Shown here one piece after another: positions 52,401-61,069 of a stretch of 64,000 bases of DNA. The notes below the pieces were generated by a model. It did not search any database. It saw only the letters and a program-made list of their open reading frames with translations, and had not been told where the DNA came from. Positions within the stretch are counted from its first letter, which is position 1, and each line of letters starts with the position of its first letter. The stretch is from Macrostomum hystrix. Taxonomy: Eukaryota > Animalia > Platyhelminthes. Made by a program: the position numbers and the translations under genes. The stretch lies in contig CATNEN010000010.1 in the NCBI GenBank assembly GCA_950097015.1, forward strand, positions 1,178,001-1,242,000. Reading direction: 5' to 3'.

Positions 52401-54080
52401 CGACACGAGCTCCGGTCTTGAAGACAAACTGTTCCGCCACCCTCAGCGGTAAGAATTCATCAGCTTTAGCCACCTCTGCTGGCCGGGCCAAAGGTCAGCT
52501 CAGATCTTTCTGGCCAGATTAATGCGCTGCTCGGTTCTGGTTGCTAGGCCCGTTTTTTTTTATTGAACAGTGACCGCCTTTTGTCAGATGCCCTGTTCAA
52601 TCTATTTATCGGAATCATTTTCAAGGACTCATTAAACATATGCGGAGATGAGGCCAGTTGTGAGTCGTGCTCAGGGCGGCTGTTCAAATTAGGCCTCATT
52701 TTGTATTTTGAAAATGTGGAAATGTAGGTCGTGCTCATGGATACTTTACATTTCCATGTGATGAATTATGCTGTTACTGATAAAAAACTACATGTTTTGA
52801 AAAAGCTGAATTTAACTAGAAATGTAAATTTAGACACATCATTAAATTTTGGAAATGAAAGGACGGAAGCAAAGCGTTGCTTTGCTGAAGAGAATGGAAA
52901 TAGAACTGGCCCAGTCGGTATGTACAGACAAAGGCTGCGTACAGCTTTTCAGTCCGTACCTGGGGAGCGAACACACCCACCAGAGTTACTACCCTCCCAC
53001 TTTATGCTTATTTCTTCCTATGATTCAATTATTGTCACATTGAATCAGGTAGATCGACAAAACAAAATCTCAAGCAACTTACAAGGCAAGCCATTGCACT
53101 GATCGTTTGGGCTCTCATTCATGGGTGCGTGCTCAGCGGAGTCAGCGGAATGGGCAGACGCCCAGTCTGCAGCAACTGTTACTATGGCTACTATTTCCAC
53201 TATTCCCCCAGCAACAAGGCCACTCACTCCTGTCGCACCGGTCGCCATCGAAATCGGCCTGACAGAGGCAGCGCAGCTCCTGCGGATCGTCGACTGCCAG
53301 GCAGACGCCGCCGTTTCGACAGGCGTCGGCGCCGCCCTGGCAGCCGGCTGGACTCAGGACGCCGCCAGCCCCGGCTGCTGACAGCGGCTGCGGAGCGCGG
53401 GCCAGCAGATGCGACGCCAGCGCGGTGGAGGCGCCCGCCAAATCGTCACCGCAGTCGGAGTAGACAATGTTGCGCAGCTCGCCTTGCAGGGCGCCTTCGA
53501 AGGCCGCCATGAAGACGGTCCGCTTGGAGGCGTCCGACGCCAACTCGGGCGGCAGGCCGCCGAAGTGCAACGGGCTGGCCGGCGCCGAGACTCTGGTGGC
53601 CCTCGGCCCGGACAGCCGGCGCGTCTCCGTCCGGTTGCCGAAGGTCATGCGGACGAAGTCCCGACCGGCCAGGATGCCGACTCGAGCGAATCCCCGCGAC
53701 CCGACGGCCGCCTGTGCGAGCCGGCCCAGGCTGACGATCTCAGGAGGCTGCGAGGCCAGGCGGGCCGGGTTCAGGCTGAACTTCACCTTCAGCTCGCCGT
53801 TGACCAGGCTGGCGTGGAGAAACATCACGGCCTTCTGGCTGGCGTTGGCTCCGGGCTCGTGCAGCTCGCTGTAGAGCAGCAGTGCCGAGTGGTTGACTGT
53901 GCTGAACTCGAACTCCAGGCTGGCATTGTGGCAGGGCTGCCAGGCTGGCAGGGTCAGGAAGGAGTGCGGCCGGCTGCCGCTGAGCCGGATGGAGTAGCCG
54001 GTCGTGACCGCGGCGGCGGAGCTTGCGGTGCAGGCCAGAATTCCGGCTGCGCAGACCGCCAGCAGCGCTTGAGCCGACAT
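704..54080 (-). CDS. NRXN1: Alpha-neurexin (neurexin-1-like), multi-exon, 3'-partial: join of 54080-53228, 25834-25688, 24274-24078, 18950-18801, 13131-12769, 12611-12113, 9416-9193, 5154-5040, 2253-1922, 1634-1257, 941-704
   Basis: Manual splicing gives one continuous frame (3496 nt) with all GT-AG introns and matching phases. Domain order SP-LamG-EGF-LamG-LamG-EGF-LamG-LamG-EGF is that of alpha-neurexin. Neurexin-like motifs include [55 protein letters not shown] and [18 protein letters not shown]. The symbol is by family resemblance; orthology was not computed. Confidence 0.92.
985..1141. repeat. Degenerate GCAGGGTTGTAGGGTTC-based tandem repeat, intron 10
   Basis: Repeated agggtt motifs. 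Confidence 0.7.
1257..1634 (-). CDS. NRXN1: Neurexin exon 10: LNS5 core
   Basis: [36 protein letters not shown]...[13 protein letters not shown]...LRLGGAP...AAGFQ; donor CAG|gtgagc; 378 nt, phase 0-0. Confidence 0.92.
1665..1866. repeat. Degenerate tandem repeat (TTCAGGATTTCAGGGATAGACGGT), about 24 bp, intron 9
   Basis: Visible tandem copies. Confidence 0.8.
1922..2253 (-). CDS. NRXN1: Neurexin exon 9: end of LNS4 and start of LNS5
   Basis: Acceptor cccccttgcag|; (S)[19 protein letters not shown]...[17 protein letters not shown]...[32 protein letters not shown]; donor CAG|gtgggc; 332 nt. Confidence 0.9.
2796..3335. repeat. 21-bp minisatellite (CAGCACAGACAGACAGACACC) with ACAG microsatellite and a short inverted segment
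   Basis: Tandem copies; inverted tgtctgtctgtctgtgctgtctgtg at about 3290-3316. Confidence 0.95.
5040..5154 (-). CDS. NRXN1: Neurexin exon 8: LNS4 middle (absent from the ORF track)
   Basis: Acceptor tctcaacctcatcag|; [38 protein letters not shown] (LamG LDD..WH motif); donor A|gtgagt; 115 nt, phase 0-1. Confidence 0.88.
5233..5785. repeat. 17-bp minisatellite (CTGGAGTGAGGTGGGTG)
   Basis: About 32 tandem variant units. Confidence 0.95.
8187..9200. repeat. 22-bp minisatellite (CCAAACTTAGGCCCATCAGCTC) grading into a 22-24-bp CATCCGCCCCCTCACCTTGGTCT repeat that overlaps the exon 7 donor
   Basis: Tandem copies with a shared catccgcccc core. Confidence 0.93.
9193..9416 (-). CDS. NRXN1: Neurexin exon 7: start of LNS4
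   Basis: Acceptor aaattacag|; (K)[74 protein letters not shown]; donor AAG|gtgagg; 224 nt. Confidence 0.9.
10228..11064. repeat. 18-bp minisatellite (CCCCATGACTCCAGTTAT)
   Basis: About 46 units. Confidence 0.96.
12113..12611 (-). CDS. NRXN1: Neurexin exon 6: LNS3 C-terminal half and EGF2
   Basis: Acceptor ctctgcag|; [16 protein letters not shown]...LYLGGLP...[15 protein letters not shown]...[35 protein letters not shown]; donor A|gtgagt; 499 nt, phase 0-1. Confidence 0.93.
12769..13131 (-). CDS. NRXN1: Neurexin exon 5: LNS2/LNS3 boundary and LNS3 N-terminal half
   Basis: [19 protein letters not shown]...[14 protein letters not shown]...[48 protein letters not shown]; 363 nt; donor |gtgagt. 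Confidence 0.9.
13290..13410. repeat. Short 22-bp repeat (GAGTCATAGTGAATCAGTCGAT)
   Basis: About 4-5 partly interrupted copies. Confidence 0.75.
14167..14655. repeat. Perfect 45-bp minisatellite, about 11 units
   Basis: Unit TGCATTCAAGGGACATGAAATGTACACATGCTGGGCTAGAGAGTT. Confidence 0.97.
15541..17850. repeat. 33-bp minisatellite (GTCCCTGAAGGACTAGTAAGGGAGATTATAGAA), about 70 units
   Basis: 33-nt period measured between 15791 and 15824. Confidence 0.97.
18717..18786. repeat. 12-bp repeat (GATGTACACTCA) just after the exon 4 donor
   Basis: About 5.5 copies. Confidence 0.9.
18801..18950 (-). CDS. NRXN1: Neurexin exon 4: end of LNS2
   Basis: Acceptor aaaatag|; [50 protein letters not shown]; donor |gtgagt; 150 nt, phase 0-0. 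Confidence 0.9.
19528..20190. repeat. 13-bp CAGAAGAACAGAA repeat built on AGAAC
   Basis: Tandem copies. Confidence 0.96.
20765..23189. repeat. 20-bp minisatellite (GGACAGACAACCAGACTGCA), about 121 units
   Basis: Exact 20-nt period, with variation almost only in the first three bases of the unit as written. Confidence 0.98.
23995..24048. repeat. (CAG)n trinucleotide tract, intron 3
   Basis: Seen directly; similar tracts at about 25105-25148, 26450-26488 and 49449-49478. Confidence 0.9.
24078..24274 (-). CDS. NRXN1: Neurexin exon 3: LNS2 core
   Basis: Acceptor ttcaacccacccag|; [32 protein letters not shown]...[17 protein letters not shown]; donor |gtgagt; 197 nt, phase 1-0. Confidence 0.9.
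24325..24548. repeat. 15-bp minisatellite (GGGGTTGAGGTGTCA)
   Basis: Tandem copies. Confidence 0.95.
25545..25650. repeat. About 15-bp repeat (CCAGCTCTCGCCTT(C))
   Basis: About 7 copies after the exon 2 donor. Confidence 0.85.
25688..25834 (-). CDS. NRXN1: Neurexin exon 2: start of LNS2
   Basis: Acceptor ccctcatgcgcag|; (I)[48 protein letters not shown]; donor G|gtgcgt; 147 nt, phase 1-1. Confidence 0.9.
26897..27598. repeat. 12-bp minisatellite (CCTGCTTTCATC)
   Basis: About 58 units. Confidence 0.96.
27611..27905. repeat. 22-bp minisatellite (CTCCCAGTGTCTCATTGTATAT)
   Basis: About 13 units. Confidence 0.95.
28527..31560. repeat. 12-bp minisatellite (GGAGACTCACTG), about 250 units
   Basis: Exact 12-nt period with recurring variants. 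Confidence 0.98.
32745..33181. repeat. 12-bp minisatellite (CTCCCAGTGAGT), reverse complement of the 28527-31560 array
   Basis: About 36 units in inverted orientation. Confidence 0.96.
33202..33277 (-). CDS. Candidate alternative first coding exon (1b) of neurexin, encoding a signal peptide
   Basis: ATG 33277 gives [25 protein letters not shown]+G, then a CAG|GTGAGT donor in phase 1, in frame with exon 2 (G|TT CGC GAC = V R D). CCAAT boxes lie 210-250 nt upstream. Confidence 0.7.
33488..33530 (-). promoter_or_regulatory. Paired CCAAT boxes upstream of candidate exon 1b
   Basis: CCAAT at 33488-33492 and ATTGG at 33522-33526, 210-250 nt upstream of ATG 33277. Motif match only. Confidence 0.35.
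33618..34115. repeat. 37-bp minisatellite (AATTGGATAGATTAGCAATCCATTCTATTCCTTTATC)
   Basis: About 13 units. Confidence 0.93.
34120..34498. repeat. AT-rich 59/60-bp alternating tandem repeat (about 119-bp dimer)
   Basis: Units sharing gatttaatcac...ttgttgctatttttagat...aaaccc alternate between ataggactga and atgcgataaa variants. Confidence 0.88.
35474..37038. repeat. 34-bp minisatellite (ATACCACCTCCCATGATCCTTCAGTGCCTCACTC), about 46 units
   Basis: Tandem copies. Confidence 0.97.
37887..38370. repeat. 34-bp minisatellite (GGGTCACTGATGGGTCATGGGTGACTAGCTCTGT), about 14 units
   Basis: Tandem copies. Confidence 0.95.
38921..40100. repeat. 33-34-bp minisatellite (TGAGTGAGGCACTGAAGGATCATGGGAAGGTGTA), inverted relative of the 35474-37038 array
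   Basis: About 35 units; reverse-complement match. Confidence 0.97.
40951..46744. repeat. 32-bp minisatellite (ACTCACTCGCCTGTCAATCAAACTGTACTGAA), about 180 units, 5.8 kb
   Basis: 32-nt period measured between 41431 and 41463. Confidence 0.98.
46745..47216. repeat. Purine-rich GAGTGG(G/A)/GAGTAAGA repeat
   Basis: Directly abuts the 32-bp array. Confidence 0.93.
47600..47680. repeat. (GT)n/GTGA microsatellite
   Basis: Seen directly. Confidence 0.85.
48245..48510. repeat. Purine-rich 16-bp repeat (AGGAGAGGGAGAAGGC)
   Basis: Tandem variants. Confidence 0.9.
50475..51390. repeat. 48-bp minisatellite, about 19 near-perfect units
   Basis: Unit CCACCATTGTTATCAGTTTCATTAGCTGCATTTCAGTGACTGAGACTG. 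Confidence 0.97.
53228..54080 (-). CDS. NRXN1: Neurexin exon 1: signal peptide, LNS1 and EGF1
   Basis: ATG at 54080 gives [24 protein letters not shown], then LamG ([24 protein letters not shown]) and a 6-Cys EGF (CRNGGVC...[12 protein letters not shown]). Donor is AGGA|GTGAGT, phase 1. Confidence 0.9.
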
Positions 54081-54238
54081 AGACTGGTGGCAGGCTGCTG
54101 TAGTGCTGGACTGCTCTGTGGCGATGCTTCTCAGTCCTGGCTCGGTCACGCTTGTCCCAGAATTCAGCGCGACTGCAAGGGAGGAGCCAGGAGTTTATTT
54201 TCTTCCCGGAACCAGGTCGAACTTTCGACCTGTCTGCC

Positions 54239-54263
54239 ATTGGCTGAGGCCCCGTTATCCAAT
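54239..54263 (-). promoter_or_regulatory. Paired CCAAT boxes upstream of neurexin exon 1
   Basis: ATTGG at 54239-54243 and CCAAT at 54259-54263, 160-180 nt upstream of ATG 54080. Motif match only. Confidence 0.35.
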
Positions 54264-55105
54264 CAGGATGGAGCATTGCCTGTTGTGATTAGAGCTCCTT
54301 AATTTTCATTGTCTAAGTTATTTTCTTTAGTTATCCTTCAGCTGGGAGAACTAATGCAGTGCGCAGGAAAACACTTAGCGAATGGAATTGCTCAAGGACA
54401 CAAGTCGTTACCCTTGGGCTGAGATTCGAAGTCCCGACCTATTATTTAGAGTCAAGGCAACTGGTCTAGCTGGGCTTCTGTTTACCCAGCTGTAAAATTG
54501 GAAGCTTTCGAAATGAAAGGCAAAGCGGTGACGACTTCAGAAACTACAAGTTTCATCTTGTTAATCCCCGACCAAAGGAGAGATTGCCAACTACTCAAAT
54601 AACTGGCCAGCGAGGCCTTGATGCCGCCGCCGAGGCGCCGGACACTCGAGAGCCGTTGTTGAAGTCGAAAGTGCAAACCCGCCGCCCCTCTGTGTTTCTG
54701 TGTTTCCCTGGCGGGCCTCTATAAGGGCTCTTTCTAGCAAGCTCAGCTGAAGCAAACTCTAACTGGGGGGGGGAGAATGGCTGCTTTGCGTGTTGATTGC
54801 ATTTGGCAACGGAGCTCGCACGGGCTGCGGGCGACTTCGCCTGACTGATTGGTGAAATTACACGCTTGCCGGAGCAAGTGCGAGACAGCCAGCACCGCCC
54901 CAGACAAGACTGCTTGAGATGCATCGGCCTGCCGCTGTGAAATAAAAGAAAGTAGGCGAGGCAGAATGGCCGCCTGAGAACTGCTCGTTAGGACCTTGCG
55001 AGTGCTTCTAGAAGAGACTCAAGATGGTTGCTAGCGAGTCTCTAGAATAGCGATGCCTGAAATGTGTCTTGAGTGAGGCGCTTGATCAGTTATTTGGACC
55101 AACTA

Positions 55106-55669
55106 ATGTCAGCTGAGGATCATGTGAACTGACTGAATCATGTCAGCAGAGGATCATGTGAATTGACTGAATCATGTCAGCTGAGGATCACATGAATTGA
55201 CTGAATCATGTCAGCTGAGGATCATGTGAACTGACTGAATCATGTCAGCTGAGGATCATGTGAATTGACTGAATCATGTCAGCTGAGGATCATGTGAAAT
55301 GACTGAATCATGTCAGCTGAGGATCATGTGAATTGACTGAATCATGTCAGCTGAGGATCATGTGACTGACTGAATCATGTCAGCTGAGGATCATGTGAAT
55401 TGACTGAATCATGCCAGCTGAGGATCATGTGAAATGACTGAATCATGTCAGCTGAGGATCATGTGAATTGACTGAATCATGTCAGCTGAGGATCATGTGA
55501 AATGACTGAATCATGTCAGCTGAGGATCATGTGAAATGACTGAATCATGTCAGCTGAGGATCATGTGAAATGACTGAATCATGTCAGCTGAGGATCATGT
55601 GAAATGACTGAATCATGTCAGCTGAGGATCATGTGAAATGACTGAATCATGTCAGCTGAGGATCACATG
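55106..55669. repeat. 34-bp minisatellite (GTCAGCTGAGGATCATGTGAATTGACTGAATCAT), about 16 units
   Basis: Tandem copies upstream of neurexin. Confidence 0.96.
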
Positions 55670-56183
55670 AAAATAGCAAACTATATCTTAATTGTGTGTC
55701 TTTTGAAATGAGCAAATTACGTATACTGAAAGTGAAAATTTAGAATATGTAAACGCAACTGGAGAGTGAATGGAAATGAATTGCCATTGTGCCAGCCTTG
55801 CATGAAAACTTCTTCGCAGGTTTGACATCCTCATTTGACTGACACCTGAAGTTTCGACTAGTCATTCGTCTGCGCGGGCTAAAACGGTTGGAAACTTGTG
55901 ACAGAGGCGCTGCAGAAATCAGCAATGAGGAAGAGAAAATGCTTGAGGAATGAAAGAACTACAGATCTCACTCCACACATGCACAAGCAATTGGCACTGA
56001 GTCTATAAATAATCCAGTTTGGCACTCACTTAGCAATATTAATTCTTTGCACTTGGTTGTATTCAGACGTATTGAGGAATGAGGCTTGCTTAAGAATTTT
56101 GGAAATTCTCCCACACACTGTGACAGTAAATGAAAACTTCCCAATTAAGTGACGCCTGGCAGACACACAGGCGAGTTAGACGT

Positions 56184-56184
<1 letters not shown>

Positions 56185-56230
<46 letters not shown>

Positions 56231-56238
56231 TATAGATA
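56185..56238. repeat. (GATA)n microsatellite
   Basis: Seen directly. Confidence 0.95.
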
Positions 56239-56689
56239 AGTGAATGAATAGTTGCAAGATCAAAGAATTGTTACCTGCTGTCTTGCTGGTGCTTTGGCAC
56301 TGCTACCCGATTTTAAGAAAGTTGTTAGTTAACCTGCAGTCCAACCTGGGTTTCGTGATTTGGCGAGCTTTGAAGAATGGGAAGAAAGACACGATGAACG
56401 AGAGTTGCTACGGCAACAACGCAGTGGCAGGACTTTCATTCATCATCCATTGATAGCGGGACCTGGCGGCAAGCGGCCTTCAAAAGCTGCACCGGAATGG
56501 AGCCAGTGGGGCGAAGGTGCTGGGAAACAGTTTGGAACTTTCCCGACCTTTCCTTCACCAACTTCCCCCTCGGCGACTCGTCTACCCCCCCAAGCAAGTA
56601 TTTGCACACATTAGTCAGTTCTTTCACTCGAGACAAAGTTCAAGCCGGTCTGTTTAAAAAATATGTGCGAACAGGTGTTCCGCTGGGAG

Positions 56690-56885
56690 AGAAGAAGGAG
56701 GGAGAAGAGGAGAGGGAGGGAGAAGAGGAGAGGGAGGGAGAAGAGGAGAGGGAGGGAGAAGAGGAGAGGGAGGGAGAAGAGGAGAGGGAGGGAGAAGAGG
56801 AGAGGGAGGGAGAAGAGGAGAGGGGCTACATCAGGTGAGAAGAGGAGAGGGAGGGAGAAGAGGAGAGGGAGGGGAGGAGAGGGGG
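56690..56885. repeat. 18-bp purine repeat (GAGGGAGGGAGAAGAGGA)
   Basis: Tandem copies. Confidence 0.92.
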
Positions 56886-57412
56886 TAAAGGAGTTAGGGT
56901 ACAACTCAAGAACTGAAAGTCAGCAGAATCGGCGTATTCGAGCCAGGGCCACCCCCAGGGCTAATGGCCGACCTGCTGCGGGGAGGCTGAAGTCCGAATG
57001 GAATGTGGGATCAGGGAGTTGTGGGGCAGTGCACTGGAATCTACCATCGATCCTTGCAGGTAATGAGATGAAGATGAGAGGCGCTGAGGAGAGCTTGTGA
57101 GGGGATCAATTATGGGGGGACAGAAAAATATCCCACAGTGAAATCGGCGGTCGCTTCGAATCCTCTTTTGTGTTTTATCCCATTAGGGCCGGCCGGCAAC
57201 TTGTATGAGCTGGGCTATAATCTCCTGTGCGTGCGGGTCCCCTTCTGAGGCAAGAACGCAATGCCTCATCATGCCGGGCTCGGGTGGGGGGGCAGAACTC
57301 GGTTGAGCCCACGCGACAGGCTTGCAGAAATCAAGGAAAAACCAGTGGCATTGGAGGCTAGAAGGGGCAGACGGCAATATCAAAGCACCTCTCTAGGTGC
57401 AAGGGAGGCATG

Positions 57413-59072
57413 TGGGACTCTAGACTCACTGGGCTACTCAGGTGAGACTCCAGATTCACTGGGCTACTCAGGTGGGACTCCAGACTCACTGGGCTACTCA
57501 GGTGAGACTTCAGATTCACTGGGCCACTCAGGTGAGACTCCAGATTCACTGGGCTACTCAGGTGAGACTCCAGATTCACTGGGCTACTCAGGCGAGACTC
57601 CAGACTCACTGGGCTACTCGGGTGAGACTTCATGCAGATTCACTGGGCTACTCAGGTGAGACTCCAGACTCACTGGGCTACTCAGGTGAGACTCCAGACT
57701 CACTGGGCTACTCAGGTGAGACTCCAGATTCACTGGGCTACTCAGGTGAGACTCCAGACTCACTGGGGCTACTCAGGTGAGACTCCAGATTCACTGGGCT
57801 ACTCAGGTGAGACTCCAGATTCACTGGGCCGCTCAGGTGGGACTCCAGACTCACTGGGCTACTCAGGTGAGACTCCAGATTCACTGGGCTACTCAGGTGA
57901 GACTCCAGATTCACTGGGCTACTCAGGTGAGACTCCAGATTCACTGGGCCACTCAGGTGAGACTCCAGACTCACTGGGCTACTCGGGTGAGACTCCAGAC
58001 TCACTGGGCTACTCAGGTGAGACTCCAGATTCACTGGGCTACTCAGGTGAGACTCCAAATTCACTGGGCTACTCAGGCGAGACTCCATGCAGATTCACGG
58101 GGCTACTCAGGTGAGACTCCAGACTCACTGGGCTACTCAGGTGAGACTTCATGCAGATTCACTGGGCTACTCAGGCGAGACTCCATGCAGATTCACGGGG
58201 CTACTCAGGTGAGACTCCAGACTCACTGGGCTACTCGGGTGAGACTCCAGACTCACTGGGCTACTCAGGTGAGACTCCAGACTCACTGGGGCTACTCAGG
58301 TGAGACTCCAGATTCACTGGGCTACTCAGGTGAGACTCCAGATTCACTGGGCCGCTCAGGTGGGACTCCAGACTCACTGGGCTACTCAGGTGAGACTCCA
58401 GATTCACTGGGCTACTCAGGTGAGACTCCAGATTCACTGGGCTACTCAGGTGAGACTCCAGATTCACTGGGCCACTCAGGTGAGACTCCAGACTCACTGG
58501 GCTACTCGGGTGAGACTCCAGACTCACTGGGCTACTCAGGTGAGACTCCAGATTCACTGGGCTACTCAGGTGAGACTCCAGACTCACTGGGCTACTCAGG
58601 TGAGACTCCAAATTCACTGGGCTACTCAGGCGAGACTCCATGCAGATTCACGGGGCTACTCAGGTGAGACTCCAGACTCACTGGGCTACTCAGGTGAGAC
58701 TTCATGCAGATTCACTGGGCTACTCAGGCGAGACTCCATGCAGATTCACGGGGCTACTCAGGTGAGACTCCAGACTCACTGGGCTACTCGGGTGAGACTC
58801 CAGACTCACTGGGCTACTCAGGTGAGACTTCATGCAGATTCACTGGGCTACTCAGGTGAGACTCCAGACTCACTGGGCTACTCAGGTGAGACTCCAGATT
58901 CACTGGGCTACTCAGGTGAGACTCCAGACTCACTGGGCTACTCAGGTGAGACTCCAGACTCACTGGGCTACTCAGGTGAGACTCCAGATTCACTGGGCTA
59001 CTCAGGTGAGACTCCAGACTCACTGGGCTACTCAGGTGAGACTCCAGACTCACTGGGCTACTCAGGTGGGAC
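57413..59072. repeat. 30-bp minisatellite (GGTGAGACTCCAGACTCACTGGGCTACTCA), about 55 units
   Basis: Tandem copies with 31-bp variants; shares the AGACTCACTGGG core with the 12-bp array. Confidence 0.97.
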
Positions 59073-59667
59073 CTGTCAAAAAGTCGCTCTACCGATCTGA
59101 TCCAAGATCTTATTTAGCCGTGCCAGAGTGGCTGATTGTAAATCTAAAGTAGTTTCAACTGTATTGGATTTCAAATTGCTATGAACTAATTAATTACGGT
59201 CAGTAGATGTTAAAGTGGTTTTGACTGTATCTCCAGGAGATGCTGGAAATCTAAAGGCCGTTTAATCAGCTGACATTTGCCGACTTTAATTCACACTTTG
59301 CCTTTGATACCGGAGTCAATGAAGCAATGTTGAATTCATTTCTGCTTTCGCTATGCTTTTGTTTAATTTCTTAATAGGTATTAATTAATAAAATATTGTT
59401 TATATTTTTCAGACACCAAGGTTCTTCAATGCACCTGAAGAGGAACAGAAAGTTATATTTCGAGGAATTTCTTTTCAAACTACTGGTAGTAGTAGTTGTG
59501 CGATTACTCAGTGGTATGACTAAGACATTTATAACCAGTCGCTGTCTTTCAATTTAAATTTTCCAAGAAAATTTTCAGATCTAATCATTCATTTTCAGGG
59601 GCCTCAGTTGTAATTTGTTTCTCGGCTTGTTTCCCTAGCAACAAACCTTGCATTTCTGCTCGAGTTT

Positions 59668-60408
59668 TCAATCGAACGGTGACAGACATTCAGCCACAGC
59701 GCCGTTGTAAAATGCCCAACTGGGATTGTCGCTGATAAATGGTAGCGCGTAGTACAGGGAGACCACATTCTCTGCTGAGCCATAGTTGTTTGGCTCGCCG
59801 TTCTGCCACAGGCTGCTGTTCATGATGATGCTGTTACCGCAGCTGGCCCAGATCCATCCGCCGGCGGGTTCCGGACTGCCCGGAGGCTGGAATCCGCCAA
59901 GCAGCAACATAGTCCAGCCGTTATTGAAAAATGAGAACACGTGGTTTAGCTCGCTCGCGCTGTCAAGATCGGCCATGATGACGAGGCCCGGCTGGCTCTC
60001 GATGTCACTCTTGATCTGGTTCCAGCTGCTGATGCTGCTGAACACTTTGTACTTGGTGCCGCAGAAGTCGTTGGCGAAGCCGCTGGGGCACAGGCTGGCT
60101 CCGGGCTGCACGCCGGCCGGCTTCCTCTTCATGAACAGGCGGCCCCGACGGCTGCAGCTGCAGTCGCGGACGAACTTGCTGCATTTGTCGAACACGAACA
60201 GCTGGCAGGGTCCGTCAGCCACGCTGAAGGCCTGGCAGCGCCAGTTCTCATTGCAGAGGAAGGCGCAGTGACGCTCGGAGGCCACTTCGAGGCGCGTCTC
60301 TGTAAACTGGGCACGCACGCAGAGGAAGCCGTTGTCCACGGTGGCGAAGTCCTGCGCCAGAGTCGTGGCGAGAACGGCGATCAGGACAGTCGAGAGGCAG
60401 ATCTTCAT
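59668..60408 (-). CDS. Secreted PAN/apple + C-type lectin domain protein, single exon, 246 aa
   Basis: Start context gccgtcATG; signal peptide MKICLSTVLIAVLATTLA; PAN pattern HCAFLCNENWRCQAFS...CQL; CTLD features CPSGF, W-x6, LLGG and WQNGEPNNYGSAEN (EPN motif); GC-rich codon usage like the neurexin exons. Confidence 0.88.
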   Translation of the reverse strand: MKICLSTVLIAVLATTLAQDFATVDNGFLCVRAQFTETRLEVASERHCAFLCNENWRCQAFSVADGPCQLFVFDKCSKFVRDCSCSRRGRLFMKRKPAGVQPGASLCPSGFANDFCGTKYKVFSSISSWNQIKSDIESQPGLVIMADLDSASELNHVFSFFNNGWTMLLLGGFQPPGSPEPAGGWIWASCGNSIIMNSSLWQNGEPNNYGSAENVVSLYYALPFISDNPSWAFYNGAVAECLSPFD

Positions 60409-61069
60409 GACGGCTGCGGGGCTGAGGGCTGGAACGATGCCGCTGACACCCTTGGCGCTTCTCGCTTCAGATCTCTTGCATCATTTTATAGAATGGAGAA
60501 TCATCCGTCTAGAATATATTGTGTTGTCTAGTTTTTTTTGTCTAATTCTTCCTTTTGTCTAGTTTTTCCCATTGTCTTGTTTTGCTTGTGCCCCAGTCTG
60601 TGCCTTGTCTCGTTATTTATTCCAGCTCGCAGTAGTTTTTTTCACTCAGCTCCATAAATTCAATGAAATTCTATTTCAAAGCGAAAAAACAATAGTTCAA
60701 GCTTAATGGTGCAAATCAAATGGCGCAAGCTTAAGGATGACTAACTAGCAGAAAGGACAATGTGTGCAGGTCGGCTGAGCTCACATAACACTATTGCAGA
60801 AGGCTTGCAGAAAAGCCAGAGAGATTCGAGGCGAGAAAGGCAGAAGGCAAAATCAAAGCGCTTATCGCTAGGTGCGGGGAAGGCAGGTGAGATATTATTC
60901 TTCACTCAGCTTATGACTAAGGCATAAATTCCAAGAAATCTTTATGACTGATCCTGGAAAAGCTCAAGGGAGCTGTAAATACTCTCATAGAAAGGAACAA
61001 TACTAAAATTCGCAATGTCAGACCCTATCCCCATCTACATCATCAAGACAGCACCATCACCACATGTCT

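Noticed and set aside
704-54080. Caspr/neurexin IV, laminin or crumbs identity for the LamG-EGF gene
   Set aside because: No discoidin or fibrinogen domain; the L-E-LL-E-LL-E order and motifs fit alpha-neurexin.
54081-54149. Track start at 54149 for neurexin exon 1
   Set aside because: That codon is GTG. The first ATG is 54080, which directly begins the signal peptide.
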